Of a stretch of DNA of 64,000 bases, positions 45,768 to 52,907 are shown in pieces. Below the pieces are notes generated by a model. The model saw only the letters and a list, made by a program, of their open reading frames with translations, was not told where the DNA came from and did not search any database. Within the stretch, counting starts at the first letter, position 1. Each line of letters starts with the position of its first letter. Both the position numbers and the translations under genes were made by a program. Origin of the DNA: an uncultured Clostridia bacterium (GTDB lineage Bacteria > Bacillota > Clostridia > Christensenellales > UBA1242); NCBI GenBank assembly GCA_944372505.1, contig CALVZK010000002.1:44692-108691 (forward strand), read 5' to 3'.

Positions 45768-46079
45768 ATGAGATATTTAGAGATAACTGAAGATGTATAT
45801 TTGATAGGAAAAAGATTAAAAGAAATTGATAGAAGTTACATCATTTTATACAATCTTGATAAAAAGTCTTACGAAGTACATTCTCAAGGAAGAGGTAAAG
45901 GAAGTTATTGTTTTACAGTGCCATATGATATATTAGATGCTCGAACAATAACATATGCACGAAAAACAAGTGTAGAGAGAAGGGATAAAATAATAGAGGA
46001 GATTGAAATTAACAACCAAAAACTTTACGAAAGATCAATTAAAGAGCAAGTAAATAAGATAAAGGAGGCACTATGCTAG
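45768..46079 (+). CDS. Hypothetical phage-module protein
   Basis: 103-aa ORF with a GGAGG RBS. Confidence 0.6.
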   Translation: MRYLEITEDVYLIGKRLKEIDRSYIILYNLDKKSYEVHSQGRGKGSYCFTVPYDILDARTITYARKTSVERRDKIIEEIEINNQKLYERSIKEQVNKIKEALC

Positions 46080-46621
46080 TAAAAGACATAATAAAGTTAG
46101 CATGTGAATTCATAGGGTTAGAAACGGTTAAAGCGGGGATCGAGAGTAATAACTTAACCGAAGAGGATGAATTAGTTTGTGATAGTCTAGTTAACTTATT
46201 TAATCTTATCAACGACGAGATAACTAGCGAGTATATACCAATTTATCGTAAAGAGAGAGTAAAGTGCAACGATTTTAAAGTAAATTACTCATCATTAAAA
46301 GAGGAGCCATTACAAATCATATCAGTAAAAGATATATGTGGACGGAAGATAAGATTCAAAGCGTTTGAGGATCACATTGTAGCGATAGCAAGCATGGTAG
46401 AGATAATTTATACAGTTAAATCAGAAAGATTAGAAATAGACGACGAAATTAGTTCCAGTTTACCAGAGAGGGTATATGCATATGGAATAGTAAGGGAATA
46501 TTATTTTTTACAAACAATGTTTGATGATGCAGATGTGTGGGAGGAGCGCTTTAAGAATAGTTTGCAAGTATTACAGAGGAGGAAAAGCGAGACGACAATG
46601 GCTCGAAGGAGGTGGCTTTAA
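46073..46621 (+). CDS. Hypothetical protein, possibly head-tail connector/adaptor
   Basis: 182 aa. Position after the capsid gene. GGAGG RBS. Overlaps its neighbours. Confidence 0.35.
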   Translation: MLVKDIIKLACEFIGLETVKAGIESNNLTEEDELVCDSLVNLFNLINDEITSEYIPIYRKERVKCNDFKVNYSSLKEEPLQIISVKDICGRKIRFKAFEDHIVAIASMVEIIYTVKSERLEIDDEISSSLPERVYAYGIVREYYFLQTMFDDADVWEERFKNSLQVLQRRKSETTMARRRWL

Positions 46622-48102
46622 TGTTTTATAGAAACACCTTAAAAACGAAAAAGACGAAAGAGAAAGAGATAAAGATAAACATATTCGAGAAAGGCTTAAC
46701 AGACAAAGATGGGTTTATAAGTGAAAATGGAGAAGGGCAAGAGAGTTACAACTTTGATATGAACAGCGGGGCATTAAAATCGGGATATGGATTTAGCAAA
46801 TTAATGTTGCCTTCAACAACAGAGGACCTCGAGAGTGAAAGCGAGTTAAGTATAAGAGGGAACGAGATAAAATCATTATGGAAATTAAAATGGTATAATT
46901 TCAATACAGACGAGAACAATTATTATTTATTTTACTATAATGATGAAGGAAATGTATGTTATGACAATTTATTTGGGCAAAGGCTTGCGACATTTATAGT
47001 ACCAAATGATTTCAGTGAAGTACCATATGCAACGTATTATAGAACGGGGCAGCAAGATACATTGTTATTATCTGGCGAGGGAGATGATTTAGTAATTATT
47101 ACAGGTAACGGAGTGCAAAGAAATGCAAGTGCGCCGAAAATTGTTTCATGTTGTAATCATTATGGAAGATTATTTGCCATAACCTCATCAGAGCGAGGGA
47201 CACTAGTTTATAGTGAAGATACGGACATATTAAATTTTACCGATGAATTATGTAAAGATTTAGATTTCAGTGACGAACGCGGAGATTTAAACAAAATTTT
47301 ATCTTTTAACGATTATTTATATTTATTTAGAGACTTTGGAATTACAGAAGTTTCGCAATATGGAACCGATGACAATTTTGCTATAAGTCATTTATATATG
47401 TCTAATAGTTATATATATCCAAATACAATAGCCCAATGTGGAGACGACATAATATTTTTAGATAGCAGTGGATTAAAAGTATTTAATGGTTCATCAGTAA
47501 AAGAAATAGAAAGTGTTTACAATGCAAAGATAAGCAAAAAAAATCAAAAATATGCTTGGGGAGAATACTATAACGGAAAATATTTTTTATCATGTAAAAT
47601 AGATTTTGCAGATAATAGACAAATCGGGTGTGAAAAGAACTCTACAGGTTATATAAATAATGTTCTGTTAGTATATGATATATCAAAGAAAAGTTTCGAG
47701 ATAGTAAGAGGTATAGATATAAATAGATTACTGACTTTAAACAATCCTCACAAGAGTAAACTTGTGGCTTGCTTTAACAACGAGCATAAAGATAAAATTG
47801 GACAACTTAACGAAGACGGAAAAATATTTGGAGAGCAACTTGAAAAATATTGGCGAAGCACAAATAGCGATTTTGGTTATAGTGGAAAAGTTAAAAGGAT
47901 ACGATCGTTTACCATAAAGACAAGCGGTGCATGCAAAGTAACTTTTGAGAGCGAGAATATGATAAAAGAGATATCTGTCAAAGGCAAGGAAGGAGTACAA
48001 AGAATAAACACAAATATCATAGGGAAAGAGTTTATTGTAACGATAGAAAGTTTAGGAGATGCTTTTATAAGTAACTTTGTTTTAAATGTAGGAGTTTGCT
48101 AA
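46621..48102 (+). CDS. Large structural protein of unknown role (beta-rich)
   Basis: 493 aa from the ATG at 46621 (AAGGAGG RBS 8 nt upstream, TAATG overlap with the previous stop). Repetitive beta-strand-like segments. Confidence 0.55.
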   Translation: MFYRNTLKTKKTKEKEIKINIFEKGLTDKDGFISENGEGQESYNFDMNSGALKSGYGFSKLMLPSTTEDLESESELSIRGNEIKSLWKLKWYNFNTDENNYYLFYYNDEGNVCYDNLFGQRLATFIVPNDFSEVPYATYYRTGQQDTLLLSGEGDDLVIITGNGVQRNASAPKIVSCCNHYGRLFAITSSERGTLVYSEDTDILNFTDELCKDLDFSDERGDLNKILSFNDYLYLFRDFGITEVSQYGTDDNFAISHLYMSNSYIYPNTIAQCGDDIIFLDSSGLKVFNGSSVKEIESVYNAKISKKNQKYAWGEYYNGKYFLSCKIDFADNRQIGCEKNSTGYINNVLLVYDISKKSFEIVRGIDINRLLTLNNPHKSKLVACFNNEHKDKIGQLNEDGKIFGEQLEKYWRSTNSDFGYSGKVKRIRSFTIKTSGACKVTFESENMIKEISVKGKEGVQRINTNIIGKEFIVTIESLGDAFISNFVLNVGVC

Positions 48103-48210
48103 TTGAGACTAAAATATAAAAATCATATTGCACTGATAAATAAAGCCCGCCAAAAAGAAGAGGAGAAAATCATCCTTGACTTATTAACAATAAAAGGAAA
48201 GGGGATTTAA
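48103..48210 (+). CDS. Possible 35-aa ORF (TTG start)
   Basis: TTG directly after the preceding stop, AGGAG about 8 nt upstream. Ends 1 nt before the next ATG and fills the gap exactly. Confidence 0.3.
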   Translation: MRLKYKNHIALINKARQKEEEKIILDLLTIKGKGI

Positions 48211-48211
48211 A

Positions 48212-48442
48212 ATGGATTTTTGGAACGAACTGATTAAAATAATAGTTTCTTATGGAATATTTGCAATGTTGTTTGTATTTCTGTTTTTTTATCAACTAAA
48301 GGATAGTTCAAAAAGAGAAGAAGCGTATAGACAAACAATAGAAGAATTAACTTCACATTTAGAAACTTTAAACGAAGTAAGAGATGAAGTTAGCGAATTA
48401 AAAGAAATTGTGTCTAGGAGGGATAATGAAAAATCGAATTAA
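48212..48442 (+). CDS. BhlA/UviB-family holin-like protein
   Basis: 76 aa. One N-terminal TM (YGIFAMLFVFLFFYQL) followed by K.SSKREE and a coiled-coil tail, as in BhlA/UviB. Confidence 0.6.
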   Translation: MDFWNELIKIIVSYGIFAMLFVFLFFYQLKDSSKREEAYRQTIEELTSHLETLNEVRDEVSELKEIVSRRDNEKSN

Positions 48443-48722
48443 GTCTTATAGTTTTTGGACAGCCTTATCTGGGGCAGTAGTAATTTTCTTGAACGCACTA
48501 GGTGAATTGTTTGGTTTTTCCGTGCAAGATGAACTTGTATCAGGGATAATTATGGCAGTTGCAGGAATTTTGGTGGTATTCGGAATTGTAACAATGCCAA
48601 ATGACAATCAAAATAGCGAAGAAGAAATTGAAGAAGACACGGAAGAAAATGTTACTCAAGTTACAAAAGAAGAAGATTCACGACAAGAGGAAAGCAAAGA
48701 GGAAGATAGCGATAAAAATTAG
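48426..48722 (+). CDS. Holin (phi LC3-like, two TM) with acidic tail
   Basis: MKNRIKSYSFWTALSGAVVIFLNALGELFG ... IIMAVAGILVVFGIV, then an E/D-rich C-terminus. Confidence 0.6.
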   Translation: MKNRIKSYSFWTALSGAVVIFLNALGELFGFSVQDELVSGIIMAVAGILVVFGIVTMPNDNQNSEEEIEEDTEENVTQVTKEEDSRQEESKEEDSDKN

Positions 48723-49003
48723 AAGAAAAGTAAAAAGCATAAAATTAATAAAAAAAACAACAAGAAAAATAAATTATTTTGTTGTTTTGATTTAATTTTA
48801 ATGAAAAAATGAATTTTTGGAGCAAAAATACACAAGAAGAGTTTATATTCTGTCATACATAATTCATTCTTAAATTGTCATTAACTTAACGATAAATTAG
48901 AATGTAAGTCTAAAAAAGATTAAGAAATATTTTAAATAAAAAAGAATTTTTTAATATGAAGACATTTTATAAAACTTGATACAAAAAGATGCCTTAAATC
49001 AAA

Positions 49004-49040
49004 CAAAAGAAGCGGTCACATTTTGTGACCGCTTTTTATT
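49004..49040. terminator. Bidirectional terminator
   Basis: AGCGGTCAC-ATTTT-GTGACCGCT hairpin with a flanking A-run and T-run. Confidence 0.75.
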
Positions 49041-49135
49041 GTTGTTGAGATTTATATTATTTTATTTACTTATAATTTTAAGCAGTGATTTGATAAGTTA
49101 TATTTAAACAAAATAATTTAATTAAAATCTTTTAA

Positions 49136-51259
49136 TTATGGAACCGGAGAGTCTTCATTATCTAAATATTTAAGCCCTGTATAGAATTTATAGTTTGTAG
49201 TCATATCACCTGCTTTTTTAATAACCTTGTATGTGATTTCAAGATAATCACAACCATCACTTCCACTGAACATTGCAGGATTTAATCTTCCTGATGTGTA
49301 TGTGTAACCATCTTGCAATGCTTCTTGATCAAGTGATGTTGAACCCGGTTCTACTATCTCATAATATTTTCTTATGTTGTTTGTACCAACAAGAATTAAT
49401 GGCTCTTTTGATACAAGCGGATTGCCTTTGTAATCATTGCGTCCTACATCGGTTTTAAGTATGCCATTACCAATGTTCGTGTTGAAAACTCCAACATGCA
49501 AATAGCCTATGTCATCAAACACAACCCCGCTACAATGGTCTCTTGGAGCATTGACTCCATCACCGCCACCAATTGTATCGCCTTTATATCCATAAATATA
49601 ATCTATTTCGAAAGGTCCGTCATATACTCGCACTTTTTTAGATTGAATTATTCGTCTTGTGTTTGTTGCGTGATTGTAATAATTTAAGTCAACTATTATA
49701 TCGATATATCTATTCCAGTCGTATACAGCGTCTTCTGTTTCAAGATCTGCATTTCCGTCAAGATCTGCATCGTATTTAAGTGCTATCCATAATCCGTCAA
49801 CATATGTCTCTTGCTTAAACATAAGCACAACACTTTGATATTCAAGTGGTCTTATTGCATATTGATGCTCTTCTTTGTTAGGATCATAAACTGGGAAGTT
49901 TTTGTCATCTTCAATTTTAAATGTAGAACCAGCATATTCCATTATATTAGATGCGAGGAATCTGTCATCAATCGTTACATCACTTCCTTCATCTTTACCA
50001 ATTGAAACATCATTACATACAGCATTGATTACATTTCTTACTGTTGTTTCATAATTTCTTCCTAAGTCGTCTGTTGAGGCAGTACATCCTGGCGCCAACT
50101 GATAGGTGATTGACCCGTCTGGGTGAGTAACCTGTAAATAAGCTTGTCCGTATGTGTTTGTTTGATAAGTCATAAATGAGTCATCTCTTAAGGCATCTTC
50201 ACCAATTACGTTTTCTAATACCCAATTTTGAATTTTGGTAATTTGTCTTGAAACAAGTCCAACATAAGTGCCCAGTGTTTTAAATCTTGCCTTTGCTGTC
50301 TCAAGTGCACTGTCTACTGATTCATAAGTGCCTATTGTGATTCTATAATATGGATATTCATTTGTCTGTGTCACATAAACTTGACTTGGCTCTAAATCGA
50401 CAGCATAGGTATAAATCACATACTCAAGTGTCTTGACAAAATCAGAATAATTGTCATATATATATTGATCACTTGTCCCTAAATAAATTGAACTGTAATT
50501 ATTGGTGTAATCAGGAGTTAAATAAGTATTATTTATAATTGTGTTTAAATCTCCATACTCATCTTCTAAACTTAAATAAGTATTAAAAATGTAATTTTGA
50601 TTTTCATAACTTGTCACATATGAATAGTTATAATACAAAAGTGCAGGTATATTATCAATATTTGGGGAGAAAGACCAATTCCATTTTGTGTTTAAATCTG
50701 CGCCAATTATATAATATTTTTCAAAGTCTTCGTTGTCTTCATCAATAGTTAAATTTCCATCTGCGTCTATTGTGGCAGAGTGCGTTACCATGCCGACAGA
50801 GTCCACTTGATATCGAATACTGTCATATAAATAAGGTAGGTTTTCTAAATCAAATCCAGGATTATTAGAAGAAATAAAAGTATTATTACCTATTGCATAA
50901 TTGTTGTATAAGTACATTAAAATACCCCAAGCATATTGTCCATAATAATCGTTTACCCCTTCGCCGGAGCCATCAGCACCGCCAGAGCCATAGTCATAGT
51001 CATAGTTGTCAGGCCTGTAAAGCACTTTAGAGCCGTATAGATCAGGTGGCAAAGCCTCTTCAATGCCGGGGTCGTTTCCGCTTGATGGGGCATCTTCTTT
51101 ATTGTCTCCGCTTGATGAGTCATCTTCGTCCCAGCCGACAAGGTCTTTTCCTATTTCAATAAGTTCATCTAAAGAAAAACCACAACTAATACTCATAAGA
51201 CCAAAGCAGGATATGAGCAAACAACAAAATATTCTTATAAAAATATTCTTTTTCTTCAT
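49136..51259 (-). CDS. 707-aa lipoprotein, unknown function
   Basis: Signal peptide ending LMSISCG (lipobox-like), acidic/Ser linker, then a Y/N/D-rich globular region. Confidence 0.7.
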   Translation of the reverse strand: MKKKNIFIRIFCCLLISCFGLMSISCGFSLDELIEIGKDLVGWDEDDSSSGDNKEDAPSSGNDPGIEEALPPDLYGSKVLYRPDNYDYDYGSGGADGSGEGVNDYYGQYAWGILMYLYNNYAIGNNTFISSNNPGFDLENLPYLYDSIRYQVDSVGMVTHSATIDADGNLTIDEDNEDFEKYYIIGADLNTKWNWSFSPNIDNIPALLYYNYSYVTSYENQNYIFNTYLSLEDEYGDLNTIINNTYLTPDYTNNYSSIYLGTSDQYIYDNYSDFVKTLEYVIYTYAVDLEPSQVYVTQTNEYPYYRITIGTYESVDSALETAKARFKTLGTYVGLVSRQITKIQNWVLENVIGEDALRDDSFMTYQTNTYGQAYLQVTHPDGSITYQLAPGCTASTDDLGRNYETTVRNVINAVCNDVSIGKDEGSDVTIDDRFLASNIMEYAGSTFKIEDDKNFPVYDPNKEEHQYAIRPLEYQSVVLMFKQETYVDGLWIALKYDADLDGNADLETEDAVYDWNRYIDIIVDLNYYNHATNTRRIIQSKKVRVYDGPFEIDYIYGYKGDTIGGGDGVNAPRDHCSGVVFDDIGYLHVGVFNTNIGNGILKTDVGRNDYKGNPLVSKEPLILVGTNNIRKYYEIVEPGSTSLDQEALQDGYTYTSGRLNPAMFSGSDGCDYLEITYKVIKKAGDMTTNYKFYTGLKYLDNEDSPVP

Positions 51260-51515
51260 ATATATATGATAACCTTTTTTCTTCTAAAAATCAACATTTT
51301 GTTGTGATTTTCTTTATAGTTGATATTTTTTATATATAAAAAATCAAAAAATGACGAAAAAATGTTAAAATTTATTATGGTTATTAGGGTTTATATGTTA
51401 TCATACTTAAGTAAATTGCCTCTTTTTTTGATAATTTTGATAAAAATTGAAAAATGCTATTGAAATTTTTGTTTATATGGTATATAATATAACAAACGAT
51501 AAGGAGGAAATTTTA

Positions 51516-52679
51516 ATGGGGGGAATAGTGAAAGAACCTAAGAAAAAATATAAAATGGGATTAGGAAAGAAAATTGTTGCAGCCCTTTGTGCTGTTTTAA
51601 TCGTCGTAGGCGTTGGACTTGGTGTTTATTTTGGGCTTGCAAATAAAGATAGCAACAATATTATTCCAGATCAACCGGGGATTGAACAACCTGAAAATCC
51701 AGAAAATCCAGGTGGTGACATTGAACAACCTGAAGATCCAGAGAATCCAGGTGGCGACATTGAACAACCTGAAGATCCAGAAAACCCAGGTGGGGACATT
51801 GAAGAACCTGAAGATCCAGAAAACCCAGGTGGAGATATTGAAGAACCTGAAGATCCAGAAAATCCTGGTGGCGATATAGAAGATCCTAAAGATCCATTTG
51901 TGCTTGACACTTTAGATGAACTTATGGCTTATCGTCAAGGCACACTTTACAATACTTTAAATGAAAAGTTTATGGACGGAATTCTTTATAGATGCACATT
52001 ATCTCATGATTACACATATCAAGATGCAACAAATATAGAATGGACAATTTTAGAGTCATCACAAACCGATATTAGTAAAGTTCAAGTGAGATTTAATATA
52101 ACAACAGGTAATACCTATCGTTATTATGTAGGGGAAGCAACTTTTAAAGAACCAATATCAGTTCAAGACTTTGCAAATGCTAATATTACTCAAAGCATGG
52201 TTGATCAAGCAACATACAAATATACTTATACTGGTAGTGCTTTGGCTGATCAGTTAGAAAACTATAAACCACTTGCAGAAGCAATTGTGACTAAACTTGG
52301 TGGCACTGTTGGAGCTAATGACCAGTTGTTACCCACTATGGATACTGCTTCTACTGATCCACAATATTCTTGGGTGAGAAATTGTTATGTAAAACAAATT
52401 ACGGATAGTGGTGTAAACGAGTATACAATAACAATTAATGCAAAAAATGCTTCAGGGAATAATTTAATCAATCAATTAATTTTAAATTTACAAGCAGGTG
52501 AATACAAAAATCAAAAAGTTGAGAAAAATGTTATTGAATTAGCACCTGCATTTGATGAAAACAGTGTTGACAAGCAAACACCTGAATATGAAAATACTGC
52601 AAAAACTGCATCACGAGTTTCAATTGGAAAAATATCAAACGAAAATGGAGATGTTTACGACTTATATCTTGATTTATAA
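51516..52679 (+). CDS. Membrane-anchored surface protein with PE[DN]PENPGGDIE tandem repeats
   Basis: Start at the ATG after an AAGGAGG RBS. N-terminal TM IVAALCAVLIVVGVGLGVYFGL, repeat linker, about 260-aa C-terminal domain. Confidence 0.75.
   Translation: MGGIVKEPKKKYKMGLGKKIVAALCAVLIVVGVGLGVYFGLANKDSNNIIPDQPGIEQPENPENPGGDIEQPEDPENPGGDIEQPEDPENPGGDIEEPEDPENPGGDIEEPEDPENPGGDIEDPKDPFVLDTLDELMAYRQGTLYNTLNEKFMDGILYRCTLSHDYTYQDATNIEWTILESSQTDISKVQVRFNITTGNTYRYYVGEATFKEPISVQDFANANITQSMVDQATYKYTYTGSALADQLENYKPLAEAIVTKLGGTVGANDQLLPTMDTASTDPQYSWVRNCYVKQITDSGVNEYTITINAKNASGNNLINQLILNLQAGEYKNQKVEKNVIELAPAFDENSVDKQTPEYENTAKTASRVSIGKISNENGDVYDLYLDL
51681..51896 (+). repeat. In-frame 39-nt tandem repeat, 5.5 copies
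   Basis: ATTGAA[CG]AACCTGAA[AG]ATCCAGA[AG]AA[TC]CC[AT]GGTGG[TCGA]GA[CT] repeated head to tail. Encodes IE[QE]PE[ND]PENPGGD. Confidence 0.95.
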
Positions 52680-52687
52680 TTAAAACA

Positions 52688-52717
52688 AAAAATCTACTTT
52701 CAAAAGTAGATTTTTTT
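52688..52717 (+). terminator. Rho-independent terminator
   Basis: AAAAATCTACTTT-TCAA-AAGTAGATTTTT hairpin. Confidence 0.75.
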
Positions 52718-52907
52718 ATGTTTAAAATATAAAAAGTCATTTTAATTAAAATTGACAAGAGTATTCTTATCAAATGTTTTATGCTAAAATTTTTTTAGTA
52801 AATTATATAACTTTTGTTTATAAAAAATAATTAAAAAAATAAGAAGTTTAAATAAAATAAGTAAATTTAACAAATTTAAACAATTATTTTGCCTATAAAG
52901 AAAATTT

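Larger units (their letters stand above)
41069..48722 (+). mobile_element. Incomplete phage-derived head/lysis module (no terL, tail, integrase, replication or endolysin genes)
   Basis: Eleven tightly packed or overlapping same-strand ORFs in canonical phage head-gene order, ending with two holin-like genes. Confidence 0.65.

Noticed and set aside
41069-48722. Considered calling this an intact, inducible prophage.
   Set aside because: No integrase, repressor/antirepressor, replication, tail, tape-measure or endolysin genes are present, and no flanking direct repeats. The only terL is 32 kb away. It is reported instead as an incomplete or domesticated module.
51389-51410. The 22-mer GTTTATAT[G/A]TTATCATACTTAA is shared between the 51.4-kb divergent promoter region and the region upstream of the MBL cassette and der (61229-61250).
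   Set aside because: A rough estimate for this base composition gives about one 22-mer match with one mismatch expected by chance in a 64-kb window on both strands. It cannot be claimed as a regulatory motif without more instances.
51681-51896. Considered the 39-nt tandem repeat as a possible CRISPR or regulatory array.
   Set aside because: The repeats are head to tail without spacers and in frame within a long ORF, and they encode a Pro/Glu-rich stalk. This is a coding repeat.
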